This document shows positions 7,152-17,692 of a stretch of DNA of 64,000 nt, piece by piece; position 1 is the first letter of the stretch; every line of letters begins with the position of its first letter. The notes beneath the pieces were generated by a model, which ran no database searches, was not told where the DNA came from, and saw only the letters and a list, made by a program, of their open reading frames with translations. The translations under genes were made by a program, and so were the position numbers. Origin of the DNA: an uncultured beta proteobacterium (lineage in GTDB: Bacteria > Pseudomonadota > Gammaproteobacteria > Burkholderiales > SG8-39); assembly GCA_963811085.1 (NCBI GenBank), contig CAWEPV010000003.1, positions 482,482-546,481 of the forward strand, written 5' to 3'.

Positions 7152-7354
7152 GGCGCCTTAAACCCCGCGCGCTCGACCGCGCGCTTGAAGTCCGCCAGGC
7201 TCGCGCGCGCGGGGTCGTAGCCCACGCTCGCCTTTCCTTCGGCGAGCGAGACCTCGACCTTGTCCACGCCCGCGACGCCGCTCAGCATGCGCGTCACGCT
7301 CTTGACGCAGCCGTCGCAGTCCATGCCTTGCACCTTGAATTCGATGGTTTCCAT
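7148..7354 (-). CDS. Heavy-metal-associated (HMA) domain metallochaperone, CopZ-like
   Basis: METIEFKVQGMDCDGCVKSV... has the MxCxxC-type metal-binding loop and a ferredoxin-like fold length of 68 aa. Confidence 0.8.
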   Translation of the reverse strand: METIEFKVQGMDCDGCVKSVTRMLSGVAGVDKVEVSLAEGKASVGYDPARASLADFKRAVERAGFKAP

Positions 7355-7392
7355 CGCTTCGCTTCCGGAACGGGTCGGGCCCATATTGTAGA

Positions 7393-7821
7393 TCAACGCG
7401 CCACCAGCACCGGCGCGCCCGCCAGGTGCAGCACCCGGGTCGCGGTCGACCCGAGCAGCATGTTGCGCGCGGCGCCCATGCCGCGGCTGCCGATGAAGAT
7501 CATGTCGCAGCGTTTCGCCTTCGCGTGCGCGACCAGGATCTCGGCCACCTGGCCGACCAGGATCCTGGCCTCGTAGTCGATGCCGGCGTCGTCGAGCATC
7601 CTCTTCGCCTCGGCCAGCCGCGCCTCGCCTTCCTCCCGGTAGTACTGCTTGAGCTGGTCCTTGCCCACGACCTTGGCCAGGCCGGGCAGGCGCGGCACCG
7701 GCAGGTGCACCGTGACCAGCTCGACGGTCGGCCTTTCGCGGTACCAGTCGGCGTGCGCGATGAGGCTGTCCACCGCGTGCAGCGAGCTCTTCGATCCGTC
7801 GACCGCGAGCAGGATCTTCAT
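7393..7821 (-). CDS. Universal stress protein (UspA family)
   Basis: MKILLAVDGS...IFIGSRGMGAARNMLLGSTATRVLHLAGAPVLVAR. Confidence 0.9.
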   Translation of the reverse strand: MKILLAVDGSKSSLHAVDSLIAHADWYRERPTVELVTVHLPVPRLPGLAKVVGKDQLKQYYREEGEARLAEAKRMLDDAGIDYEARILVGQVAEILVAHAKAKRCDMIFIGSRGMGAARNMLLGSTATRVLHLAGAPVLVAR

Positions 7822-8363
7822 TTCCTGCCTGCGCCGCGCCGCGCGGCCATGCGCGCGCCCAGATCGACGCGCTCGGCCGGGGTCAGCACCTCGGCCGCGA
7901 AGCCGAACGCGATCGCCTCCTCGCGCATGATGTGGCGCCGGTAGAGCCAGGCGAAGTGCGCCACCTGCTCGATGTCGAGCCGCGGCGAGCGCACCTCGGC
8001 GACCTCCGCCAGCCGCGCGCGGATAATGGCGTAGACCCCCTCCATCGCGCGGTGGTCGCGCGCGAGCTCGTCCAGCGCGGCGAGCACGTCGGCCCGGCCG
8101 CGCTCGCCGGCGTAGCGGCGCAGCGGCGGGAACAGGTCCTGCTCCTCGTCCTGGTGGTGCTGCGCCCCGGCGCTGTCGAAGTAGCGCAGCACCGCGCGCG
8201 CCGCTTCCTGCGCCGGCGCGTCGCAGCCCGCGCGCGCCAGGTGCGGCACCAGCTTCTCGAGCGTCGCGATCTGGTCCTGGATCCGGCCGTGGCAGGCATA
8301 GAGCATCTCGAGCGGCTCATCGAAGCCGGGCGCCGGCGCGCCGAATCCGGGCAGGCCCGCCAT
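7818..8363 (-). CDS. Hemerythrin (HHE cation-binding) domain protein
   Basis: His/Glu-rich motifs (YACHGRI, QHHQDEEQDLFP, RHIMREE). Start taken at MAGLPGF. Confidence 0.7.
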   Translation of the reverse strand: MAGLPGFGAPAPGFDEPLEMLYACHGRIQDQIATLEKLVPHLARAGCDAPAQEAARAVLRYFDSAGAQHHQDEEQDLFPPLRRYAGERGRADVLAALDELARDHRAMEGVYAIIRARLAEVAEVRSPRLDIEQVAHFAWLYRRHIMREEAIAFGFAAEVLTPAERVDLGARMAARRGAGRK

Positions 8364-8364
8364 C

Positions 8365-8766
8365 TCAGGCGCCCCCGAGCAGCGCGAGCGGCCCGCGCGC
8401 ATCGCGCGTCAGCGCGACCCATACGATGTAGCCGAACGCGGCCAGCGCCGCGACGAACGCCGCGGCGCGCACGCGCGGGGTGCGGCCGCGCTTGAGCGCG
8501 ATGGTGCCGAGCCCGATGTAGACCAGCAGTCCGAGCACTTTGGCGCTTAGCCAGCTGTCGGCGAACGGGTACTCGCGCAGCAGCCAGCACAGCCACAGCG
8601 CGCTCGCCAGCAGCACGGTGTCGACCACGTGCGGCGCGACGCGCACGAAGCGCGCCTCGAGCAGAGGCGAGCCGCGCAGCTTCAGCACGCCGCGCGCGAT
8701 GAAGCCCGCGATGCTCAGACCGACAGTGCCAACGTGGATCGACTTGATCCAGAAGAAGAGAGACAT
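8365..8766 (-). CDS. SirB2-family inner membrane protein
   Basis: 133-aa, 4-TM protein MSLFFWIKSIHVGTVGLSIAGFIARG..., typical of the SirB family. Confidence 0.7.
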   Translation of the reverse strand: MSLFFWIKSIHVGTVGLSIAGFIARGVLKLRGSPLLEARFVRVAPHVVDTVLLASALWLCWLLREYPFADSWLSAKVLGLLVYIGLGTIALKRGRTPRVRAAAFVAALAAFGYIVWVALTRDARGPLALLGGA

Positions 8767-9935
8767 GGGTCGATTTTCGCCGTTTGCGCCGTGCCTGCGT
8801 TGAGCTGAGTCAAGTCCGCGCGCCCGAGCAGGAGGTCGACCAGCTCGCGCACCGGGCGGATCGCACTGCCGAAGGGCACGCTCTCGGAGCCGCGAAAGAA
8901 CAGGCCGTGGTCGACGTCGCCGCTCAGCGCGGCGGCGAGGTGGTGGTCGATGCAGAACTGGCCCATGGCCGGAATGCCGTCGCGCAGCCCGCACTGCGCC
9001 AGGCACTCCCAGGCGAGGGTGCAGTTGCGCGCGTGCGCGCGCTGCTTCAGCCCCTCGAGCATTTTCAGGTAATTGGCCAGCCAGGGCGTGCGCACCGCGC
9101 GCGCTGGCAGGCCGGCGACGCTCATGAACACCACGATGTCCTGCGGCGTGGCCTCGGCCAGCACGCGCTTGAAGTTCGGGTGCGCGTCGCACTCCTCGGT
9201 GACCGCGAACGCGGTGCCGACCTGCACCGCATCGGCGCCGGCATCGAGCGCCGCGGCGACGCGCGCGGGCGAATTGACTCCGCCGGCGGCGATTAGCGGC
9301 ACGCGGTCGGCGTCCAGGCCCTGCGCGTGCAGCGCGGCGCGAATCTCGGGGATAACGCGCGCGAAGTCGAAGCGTTCTTCGGCGACCTGCTCCACCTTGG
9401 CGGCGCCGAGGTGGCCGCCGGCGTAGCGCGGATGCTCGATCACGATCGCGTCGGGCGCGCGCCGGTGCCTGAGCCAGCGGCGCACGATGAGCGACGCCGC
9501 GCGCGCCTCGGACACGATCGGCACCAGCGCGACGCGCGGGAAATCGCGCGCCAGCTCCGGCAGGTCCATCGCCAGCCCGGCGCCGACCACGATCGCGTCG
9601 GCGCCGCTCTCGCAGGACTGGCGCACGTAGCCGGCGTACTGCGATACCGCGCGCATGACGTTGACCGCGATCATGCCGCGCCCGCCCGAAACTTCGCGCG
9701 CGGCGCGGATTTCCCTGTCGAGCGCGGTCAGGTTGGCCTGCTCGATCGTGGCGCGGTCGCGCGAGCGGCCGGTGGCGCGCATCAGGTCCGGGTGGTGGCG
9801 GCGCAGGTCGACGCTCGAGATGGTGCCGACGCAGTCCTCGCGCGCCACCGCGCCCGCCAGGCGATGCGCCGAAACGCCCACCCCCATTCCACCTTGCACC
9901 AGAGGCAAAGCCTCGAGCGCGCCGATCTTCAGCAT
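8715..9935 (-). CDS. Nitronate monooxygenase / NAD(P)H-dependent flavin oxidoreductase (NMO family)
   Basis: PLVQGGMGVGVS and IAAGGVNSPARVAAALDAGADAVQVGTAF motifs. The 3' tail overlaps sirB2 by 52 nt, so the true stop is uncertain. Confidence 0.8.
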   Translation of the reverse strand: MLKIGALEALPLVQGGMGVGVSAHRLAGAVAREDCVGTISSVDLRRHHPDLMRATGRSRDRATIEQANLTALDREIRAAREVSGGRGMIAVNVMRAVSQYAGYVRQSCESGADAIVVGAGLAMDLPELARDFPRVALVPIVSEARAASLIVRRWLRHRRAPDAIVIEHPRYAGGHLGAAKVEQVAEERFDFARVIPEIRAALHAQGLDADRVPLIAAGGVNSPARVAAALDAGADAVQVGTAFAVTEECDAHPNFKRVLAEATPQDIVVFMSVAGLPARAVRTPWLANYLKMLEGLKQRAHARNCTLAWECLAQCGLRDGIPAMGQFCIDHHLAAALSGDVDHGLFFRGSESVPFGSAIRPVRELVDLLLGRADLTQLNAGTAQTAKIDPCLSSSGSSRSTLALSV

Positions 9936-9970
9936 AGGCGGCAGTGTGCGCGAGGCAAGGCGGCAATTGT

Positions 9971-9984
9971 TTGATCTGCCTCAA
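9971..9984. promoter_or_regulatory. FNR/Crp-family box TTGATCTGCCTCAA
   Basis: Matches TTGAT-N4-xTCAA. Lies between the divergent NMO operon and the crp/fnr-family gene, 22 nt from a weak -10 (CACACT) on the minus strand. Confidence 0.5.
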
Positions 9985-10001
9985 ATACACGGGTCAAAGG
10001 C

Positions 10002-10778
10002 ATGCCAGCATGCGCACAAAGGATGAATACGGCTATGAGTACACCGAACGGCAACCTGGTGGAAGGCGTCATCGCCAACCTGCCCCTGTTCAAGCATTCG
10101 AGCAAGCCGCACCTGGCGGAGCTCGCGCGCCACGCGCGCACCCAGCATGTGACGCGCGGCACGCTGATCGTGCACCGCGGCGACAAGCTGCAGGGGCTGC
10201 TCGCGGTCGCTTACGGAATGGTCAAGCTCTCGCTGCGTGGCGACGCGGGCGAGGAGAAAGTAATCCGGCTGGTCGGCCCGGGCGAGGTGTTCGGCGAGCC
10301 CGCGGCCTTCCTCGAGACGCCGATGCCGCTCGACGCGATCGCGCTCGGCGACACGCTGCTGGTGATCCTGCCCGCGCAATCGGTCAATGCGCTGATCGAG
10401 CGCGAGCCGCACTTCGCGCGCAGTATGATCGCGAGCCTGAGCGCGCGGATGAACGCGATGGTCGCCGACATGGAGGCCACCACGCTGCACGGCGCGCTTG
10501 AGCGCGTCGCCTCCTACCTCGAGTCGCTCGCCGACGCCGGCGCGCCTGGCCAGGTGACGGTGCGCCTGCCGGCGACCAAGACCGTGATCGCGGCGCGCCT
10601 GGGGGTGACCAAGGAGACCTTCTCGCGCCTGCTGCGCGAACTCGCCCAGCGCGGGCTGGTGAGCATCGCCAAGCGCGAGATCACCCTGCTCGATCGCGCC
10701 GAGCTGGCCCAAGTCGCGCACAGCGGACGCAAGGCCCATGCGGAGGCGGGCGCGCACGCGCATCGGCCGTCGGTATAG
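10002..10778 (+). CDS. Crp/Fnr-family transcriptional regulator without an N-terminal Cys cluster (Dnr/NnrR-like)
   Basis: cNMP-binding-like beta-roll (GEVFGEPAAF) and C-terminal HTH (TKETFSRLLRELAQRGLV). Alternative in-frame starts at 10023 and 10035. Confidence 0.85.
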   Translation: MPACAQRMNTAMSTPNGNLVEGVIANLPLFKHSSKPHLAELARHARTQHVTRGTLIVHRGDKLQGLLAVAYGMVKLSLRGDAGEEKVIRLVGPGEVFGEPAAFLETPMPLDAIALGDTLLVILPAQSVNALIEREPHFARSMIASLSARMNAMVADMEATTLHGALERVASYLESLADAGAPGQVTVRLPATKTVIAARLGVTKETFSRLLRELAQRGLVSIAKREITLLDRAELAQVAHSGRKAHAEAGAHAHRPSV

Positions 10779-10808
10779 CATTGCCAAAGAAGCCAACAAG
10801 GAGACGCC

Positions 10809-11255
10809 ATGTACAAGCACATCCTGGTCCCCACCGACGGCAGCAAGCTGTCGGCCAAGGCCGTCAAGACCGCCGCCAGGCTTGCCAAGCAGGTCGGCGC
10901 GCGCATCACCGGGGTGTACGTGATTCCGCCCTACGTGCCGCCGATGTACGGCGAGGCGGCGATCTACGTGCCCGAAATCACGCCCAAGCGCTACAAGGAG
11001 CTGTCCGAGAAGGAAGCGAAGAAAGCGCTCGCGGTGGTCGAGATCGAGGCCCGTACCGCCGGGGTGTCGTGCAAGGTCGGCTGGGTGACCGCCGACCAGG
11101 CCTGGGAAGGCATCGTGAAGCAGGCCAAGGCCAAGAAGGCCGACCTGGTCGTGATGGCCTCGCACGGCCGGCGCGGCCTGTCGGGGCTGCTGCTCGGGAG
11201 CGAGACCACCAAGGTGCTCACGCACTCGAAGATTCCGGTTCTGGTTTGCCGCTGA
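10809..11255 (+). CDS. Universal stress protein (UspA family)
   Basis: [12 protein letters not shown]...[35 protein letters not shown]. Confidence 0.9.
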   Translation: MYKHILVPTDGSKLSAKAVKTAARLAKQVGARITGVYVIPPYVPPMYGEAAIYVPEITPKRYKELSEKEAKKALAVVEIEARTAGVSCKVGWVTADQAWEGIVKQAKAKKADLVVMASHGRRGLSGLLLGSETTKVLTHSKIPVLVCR

Positions 11256-11268
11256 GCACTGCGCCGGC

Positions 11269-12150
11269 TTGAAGTACAAGGACTACTACAAGATCCTCGG
11301 CGTCGAGCGGGGCGCCAGCGACGAGGAGATCAAGAAGGCGTACCGGCGCCTGGCGCGCAAGTACCACCCCGACGTGTCCAAAGAGGCCGACGCCAAGGAG
11401 CGCTTCCAGGAAGTGTCCGAGGCCTACGAGACGCTCAAGGACAAGGACAAGCGCACCGCCTACGACGGCCTGGGGAGCTTTCGCCCGGGGCAGGACTTCC
11501 GCCCGCCGCCGGACTGGTCCGAGCGCTTCCACGCCGGTGGCATGGACGACCTGGGCGGCATCGACCTGTCGGACCTGTTCGCCTCCTTTGGCGGCGCGCG
11601 CGCGCGCCAGGGCCCGCGCCGCGGCCGCGACTACGAAGTCGGGGTGCACATCGGCCTGCACGAGGCCGCGCACGGCGCCGAGGTAACGCTCGACCTCGGC
11701 GGCGGCAGGCGGGTGCAGGCGCGCATCCCCAAGGGCGTCACCGACGGCGAGCGGCTGCGCCTGCGCGGCAAGGGCGGCGCGGGCGCCAAGGGCGGCCCAC
11801 CGGGCGACCTGTATCTCGACATCGCGCTGCACCCGCATCCGCTGTTCAAGCCCAACGGCCACGACCTGTACCTGGACGTGCCGCTCGCGCCCTGGGAAGC
11901 GGCGCTCGGGGCCGAGGTGCGCATCCCGACGCTGGAAGGCCAGGTCACGATGAAGGTGCCCGCGGGCTCCAAGGGCGGCCAGCGCCTGCGCCTCGCGGGC
12001 AAGGGCCTGCCCAGGCCCCAGGCCGGCGCCGGCGACTTGTACGCGGTGCTCAGCGTCGCCGCGCCGAGCGTGCTCTCGGAGCGCGAGAAGGAGCTGTTCG
12101 AAGAGCTGCGCAAAGAGTCGAAATTCAATCCGCGCGGGCACTTCGAATGA
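11269..12150 (+). CDS. cbpA: Curved-DNA-binding DnaJ-like co-chaperone
   Basis: J-domain [32 protein letters not shown], with no Zn-finger region, followed by the cbpM-like gene. TTG start. Confidence 0.85.
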   Translation: MKYKDYYKILGVERGASDEEIKKAYRRLARKYHPDVSKEADAKERFQEVSEAYETLKDKDKRTAYDGLGSFRPGQDFRPPPDWSERFHAGGMDDLGGIDLSDLFASFGGARARQGPRRGRDYEVGVHIGLHEAAHGAEVTLDLGGGRRVQARIPKGVTDGERLRLRGKGGAGAKGGPPGDLYLDIALHPHPLFKPNGHDLYLDVPLAPWEAALGAEVRIPTLEGQVTMKVPAGSKGGQRLRLAGKGLPRPQAGAGDLYAVLSVAAPSVLSEREKELFEELRKESKFNPRGHFE

Positions 12151-12431
12151 GCGGCGAGCTGATCGTGCTGCTCGAGTTCGAGTCCGCCTCGGGGCTCACG
12201 CGGGCCGAGATCATCGAGCTGGTCGAAGTCGGCGTGTTCGCGCCGCAGGGCGAGGGGCCCGAGGACTGGCGCTTTCCCGAGGACGCGCTCGCGCTCGCGC
12301 GCGAGGCGGCGCGCCTGATGGCCGGCTTCGACCTCTCGGCGCCGGGGCTCGCGCTGGTGCTTTCCTACCGCGACCGCCTGGCCGAGCTCGAGGAACGCAT
12401 CCGCGAGCTCGAGTGCCGGCTGCCGCGCTAA
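12147..12431 (+). CDS. cbpM: Chaperone-modulator protein CbpM-like
   Basis: 94-aa protein that overlaps the cbpA stop by 4 nt, in the conserved cbpA-cbpM arrangement. Confidence 0.7.
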   Translation: MSGELIVLLEFESASGLTRAEIIELVEVGVFAPQGEGPEDWRFPEDALALAREAARLMAGFDLSAPGLALVLSYRDRLAELEERIRELECRLPR

Positions 12432-12451
12432 GGCGCGGCTCCTCCAGGCGC

Positions 12452-13714
12452 CTAGGCTAGCGCGTAGAGCGCAGCCGCGCCGCCTGCGATCGCCGCCGCG
12501 AGCGGCAACAGGGCCTGGCCCGCGATCTTGCGTCCGCCGAGCCATGCCAGCACCCCGACCTTGAACAGCATGTTGGCGGCAACCGCGAGCGCGATCGCGG
12601 TCACCGCCTCGTGGGCGAGCGCCCGGCCGGCGTTGTGCAGGTTCAACGCCGAGAGCGTCGGCGGATCGATGTCGACCATGCCGGCGGCGAGCGCAGCGGC
12701 GTACAGGCCGCGGCTGCCCGCGACGCTAGACAGCCAGGCCGAAGCGACCAGCACCAGCGCATACAGCGCGCCGAACTTGATGGCGGTTCCAAGCTCGGTC
12801 GGGTTGTGCAGCTCCGGCGCCGGCAGCGCGCCGCTCCGCCCCAGGCTGCGCACCGACAGCGCGGTGATCACCAGGCCGCAGGCGAAGGCCGCACCCGCGG
12901 CGGGCGCCAGTGTCGCCAGCACCGCCGGCGCGAGCACCGCGGCCAGCACCACAACGCGCACGAGCGGTACCAGGTTCGCCAGCAGCACCACAACCAGGGC
13001 GATGCGCCGCATGGCCTCGGACTCGGCGCTGCGCCGCGCGTACAGCACGGTGGTCGCGGTCGAAGACACCAGCCCGCCGAGCACGCCGGCGAGCACCGCG
13101 CCGTGGCGCTCGCCGGCGATGCGCAGCGCAACGTAGCTCGCCAGCCCGAGGCCCGAGATGAGCACCACCATCAGCCAGAGGTGAAAGGGGTTGAGGACCC
13201 CGAACGGCCCGAAACCGCGGTCGGGCAGGATCGGCAGGACGATGAAGGTGACCACCAGGAACTGCAGCACCGACACCAGGTCCTGGCGCGACAGCGCGGT
13301 CGAGAAGCCTTCCAGCTCCGGCTTGAAGTACAGCAGCGCAGTGACGCCGATTGCGAGCGCACCGGCGAGCGAGGCCTCGCCCATCCCGGCGAGCGCGCCG
13401 AGCAGGTAGGCGACCGCCGCCGCGACCACGGTGGTCGTGCCCGGGTCGCCGGTCGGGGCGTCGCGCAGGTAGGCCGCAATCAGCATCCCGGCCACCGCCG
13501 CGAGCCCGGTCGGCAGCAGCCAGGGGCTGTCGAGGCGCTCGGCGACCAGTGCGGCGAGTGTGCCAAGCAGGGATACGAGTGCGAAGGTGCGCAGTCCCGC
13601 CTTGGCGGTCGGGTTGCGCTCGCGCTCAAGGCCGATCAGCAGCCCGATGCCGAGGCTCGCGCCGAAAGCCAGCCAGGTCTGCGGCTCGAGCAGCGCGCCC
13701 GGCGCTTCGAACAC
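12452..13714 (-). CDS. MgtC/SapB-family plus DUF4010 membrane protein
   Basis: N-terminus GIGLLIGLERE...GLRTFALVSLLG (MgtC motif), a 420-aa polytopic protein. GTG start. Confidence 0.8.
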   Translation of the reverse strand: MFEAPGALLEPQTWLAFGASLGIGLLIGLERERNPTAKAGLRTFALVSLLGTLAALVAERLDSPWLLPTGLAAVAGMLIAAYLRDAPTGDPGTTTVVAAAVAYLLGALAGMGEASLAGALAIGVTALLYFKPELEGFSTALSRQDLVSVLQFLVVTFIVLPILPDRGFGPFGVLNPFHLWLMVVLISGLGLASYVALRIAGERHGAVLAGVLGGLVSSTATTVLYARRSAESEAMRRIALVVVLLANLVPLVRVVVLAAVLAPAVLATLAPAAGAAFACGLVITALSVRSLGRSGALPAPELHNPTELGTAIKFGALYALVLVASAWLSSVAGSRGLYAAALAAGMVDIDPPTLSALNLHNAGRALAHEAVTAIALAVAANMLFKVGVLAWLGGRKIAGQALLPLAAAIAGGAAALYALA

Positions 13715-14311
13715 TCAGGCGCCGGCCTTCTTCCACGGCGCGCCGAGCCCGATCGGGTCTGGCGCCAGCTCGACGATGCGCGAGTACAACTTGCTGAAGT
13801 CGGTGTGGTACTGCGGGTCGGAGAACGGGTCGGTGTTGGCGGCGAAGGCCTGTTCGATTTCGTCCCAGTCCTCGGGCCTGAGCGCTTTTTCCGCCAGCGG
13901 CAGCACCTCGCGCTCTTCCTTGCGCATGTGCGCACGGTGAAAGCGCGCGTACTCGTCCACCACGGCGGCGAACACGTCCGCGCCGTTGGGCCAGCTCTGC
14001 TCGAACGCGAGCAACGCCTGCTCGAGGTCGCGAATCACCTTGGCGCTCTTGACGTGCTCGGCGTGCAGCTCGTCCAGCAACGGCCCGGTCTGCGGCGCGC
14101 GCGCGCGCAGGCGCGCGAACAGGTGCTCGTCCTCCTTGGGATGGTGCTGGCGCTCGGGGAAGGCGTCGATGTAGTAAATCATCGCGCGGAATACCTCGAA
14201 CTCGGGCCGCACCGAGCTGTCCTGCGCCGCGTGCGCGAGCTGCTCCAGCGCGTGCACCACCGCGCTGATCGAGCGGTGCTCCTCGCGCAACTTCCTGATC
14301 GCCTTGTTCAT
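13715..14311 (-). CDS. Hemerythrin (HHE) domain protein
   Basis: LREEHRSI, ERQHHPKEDEHLF, HAEH and RFHRAHMRKEE repeats of His/Glu ligands. Confidence 0.8.
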   Translation of the reverse strand: MNKAIRKLREEHRSISAVVHALEQLAHAAQDSSVRPEFEVFRAMIYYIDAFPERQHHPKEDEHLFARLRARAPQTGPLLDELHAEHVKSAKVIRDLEQALLAFEQSWPNGADVFAAVVDEYARFHRAHMRKEEREVLPLAEKALRPEDWDEIEQAFAANTDPFSDPQYHTDFSKLYSRIVELAPDPIGLGAPWKKAGA

Positions 14312-14328
14312 CGCCCTCTCCTCGCCCC

Positions 14329-15033
14329 TCACAGGCACAGCCAGCCGCGGCGGATCGCTTCGCCCACGCCCGCGGCGTGGGCCAGCCCGACCAGGCCGAA
14401 GCCGAATACCACGCTGCCGGCGGCGAGCCGCACCGCCCTGCGCGCGGCAAAGGCGCGCACGCGCCCGGCCGCGAGGCCCGCGGCGAGCAGGTTCGGCAGC
14501 GTTCCCAGCCCGAAGGCTAGCATTGCCAGCGCCCCCGCGGCGGGCGAGCCTGCGAACGCGGCCGCGGCGAGCGCGCCGTACACCAGGCCGCAGGGCAGCC
14601 AGCCCCAGGCCAGCCCCGCCGCATAGGCCTGCGCCGGAGTGCGCGCGGGCAGCAGGCGCGCGGCGAGCGGCTGCAGCCGCCGCCACAACGGCGCGCCGAG
14701 GGATTCGATTCTTGCCAGCCAGCCCCCGGCGCCGGCCAGATGCAATCCGACCAGCAGCAGCATGACATTGGCCAGCACGTAGAGCGCGGTCTGCGCCGGC
14801 AGCGCGCCGGCGACCCAGGCCCCGGCGCTGCCAAGCAGTCCCGCCCCGGCACCGGCCGCGGCGTAGCTCGAGATGCGCCCGAGGTTGAACGCGAGCTGAC
14901 GGCGCACGCCCCCGCCGTTGGAGGAGAACGCGCACACGATACCGCCGCACATGCCGACGCAGTGCACGCCCGAGGCGAAGCCGGTCGCGAGCAGCGCGAG
15001 CGGCAGGGCCCAGCCGTTGGCCGCGAACTCCAC
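14329..15033 (-). CDS. TauE/SafE- or DsbD_2-like membrane protein
   Basis: GVHCVGMCGG motif near TM1 and WLPCGLVY in a later TM. 234-aa hydrophobic protein immediately downstream of hemN. Confidence 0.7.
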   Translation of the reverse strand: MEFAANGWALPLALLATGFASGVHCVGMCGGIVCAFSSNGGGVRRQLAFNLGRISSYAAAGAGAGLLGSAGAWVAGALPAQTALYVLANVMLLLVGLHLAGAGGWLARIESLGAPLWRRLQPLAARLLPARTPAQAYAAGLAWGWLPCGLVYGALAAAAFAGSPAAGALAMLAFGLGTLPNLLAAGLAAGRVRAFAARRAVRLAAGSVVFGFGLVGLAHAAGVGEAIRRGWLCL

Positions 15034-15034
15034 G

Positions 15035-16429
15035 CTAGATCACTTTCGAGTAGCGCGCGTGCTCGCGGCTGGTGCGCAGGTAGCGGTCGAACGTCATCGC
15101 GACCACCCGCACCAGCAGCCGCCCCCTGGGCGTGACCGTGATCCAGTCCGGCTGCAGCTCGACCAGGCCCTCGTCGGCGAGCTTCTTCAGCTCGGCCAGC
15201 TCCTCGGCGAAGTAGCTGCGGAAGTCGATCAGGTAGGAGATCTCGATCGACTCGAGCGAGAGGCGGAAGTGGCAGGTCAGCGCCTGGATCACCGCGCGCC
15301 GCACCAGGTCGTCCTGGGTCAGCTCCAGCCCGCGCCACGCCGGCAGGCGGCTCTCGTCGAGCGCGCCGTAGTACTCCTCGAGGCTCTTGCGGTTCTGGTA
15401 GTAGGTCGGGCCGACGCGCCCGATCGAGGACACGCCCAGTCCCAGCATGTCGCTGTCGGGCTGGGTCGAATAGCCCTGGAAGTTGCGGTGCAGCCGTCCC
15501 TGGCGCTGCGCCACCGCGAGCTCGTCGTCCGGCTTGGCGAAGTGGTCCATGCCGATGTACAGGTACCCGGCGCGAGTCAGGCGCCCGATCGCGAGCGTCA
15601 TGATCTGCAGCTTGGTTTCGGCCGAAGGCAGCTCGGGCGCGTTGATGCGGCGCTGGGTCTTGAAGATCTGCGGCAGGTGGGCGTAGTTGTACAGCGCGAT
15701 GCGATCCGGGTCGAGCGCCAGGATCTTGTCGAGCGTGGTGTTGAAGCTGTCCAGGGTCTGCTTGGGCAGGCCGTAGATCAGGTCGAGGTTCACCGAACGG
15801 AAGCCGTTGGCGCGCGCTTCCTCGATCGCGCGCCGCGTCTCGGCCTCGCTCTGGATGCGGTGCACCGCCTGCTGCACCGCCGGGTCGAAGTCCTGCACCC
15901 CGATCGAGATGCGGTTGAAGCCGAGGCTGCCCAGGAAGGCCACCCGCCCGGGCTCGATGCGGCGCGGGTCGACTTCGATCGAGCACTCGCAGTCCGGCAG
16001 GCGCACGAAATTCGCGTCGAGCTTCGCCACCAGCTCGCGCGTCTCGTCGCGCGTGAGGAAGGTCGGCGTGCCGCCGCCCCAGTGCATCTGGCTGATGCGC
16101 CGTTCCTCGCCCAACGGCGCGGCGAGCAGCGAAAGTTCCTTGCCGATGTAGTTGATATACTTCGCCGACTTGCTATGGTCGCCCGTCACGACCTTGTTGC
16201 ACGCGCAGTAATAGCAGGCCGTGTCGCAGAACGGCAGGTGCACGTACACCGACAGCGGCTGGCTGATGCCGCCGATGTTGCGCTTCTCCAGCCAGCGGCG
16301 GAATTCCGCTTCGCCGAAGGCCTCGACGAACCTGTCCGCGGTCGGGTACGACGTGTAGCGCGGGCCACTGACGTCGTACTTGCGGATCAGGACCGGGTCG
16401 ATGACGAGTTCGGAAGATGGGTAAGACAT
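15035..16429 (-). CDS. hemN: Oxygen-independent coproporphyrinogen III oxidase (radical SAM)
   Basis: N-terminus RKYDVSGPRYTSYPTADRF and radical-SAM HLPFCDTACYYC. Start at MSYPS by comparison with the conserved HemN N-terminus. Confidence 0.95.
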   Translation of the reverse strand: MSYPSSELVIDPVLIRKYDVSGPRYTSYPTADRFVEAFGEAEFRRWLEKRNIGGISQPLSVYVHLPFCDTACYYCACNKVVTGDHSKSAKYINYIGKELSLLAAPLGEERRISQMHWGGGTPTFLTRDETRELVAKLDANFVRLPDCECSIEVDPRRIEPGRVAFLGSLGFNRISIGVQDFDPAVQQAVHRIQSEAETRRAIEEARANGFRSVNLDLIYGLPKQTLDSFNTTLDKILALDPDRIALYNYAHLPQIFKTQRRINAPELPSAETKLQIMTLAIGRLTRAGYLYIGMDHFAKPDDELAVAQRQGRLHRNFQGYSTQPDSDMLGLGVSSIGRVGPTYYQNRKSLEEYYGALDESRLPAWRGLELTQDDLVRRAVIQALTCHFRLSLESIEISYLIDFRSYFAEELAELKKLADEGLVELQPDWITVTPRGRLLVRVVAMTFDRYLRTSREHARYSKVI

Positions 16430-16467
16430 GGTTCCCCGCACTATGGCCCGCACCGCCACAGGGCACA

Positions 16468-16481
16468 TTGACTTTGGTCAA
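16468..16481. promoter_or_regulatory. FNR box TTGACTTTGGTCAA upstream of hemN
   Basis: Perfect palindrome, 22 nt from CATAGT (-10, minus strand), which lies 10 nt before the hemN ATG. Confidence 0.7.
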
Positions 16482-16501
16482 ATGCCCCTGACGCCCGCGC
16501 C

Positions 16502-17688
<1,187 letters not shown>

Positions 17689-17692
<4 letters not shown>

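Noticed and set aside
8715-8766. The identical 52-nt overlaps of NMO/sirB2 (8715-8766) and ccoI/ccoS (27877-27928) as a meaningful shared feature.
   Set aside because: In both cases the upstream ORF tail is low-complexity read-through in an alternate frame of the downstream gene. This probably reflects imprecise 3' ends or coincidence, and no shared sequence was seen.
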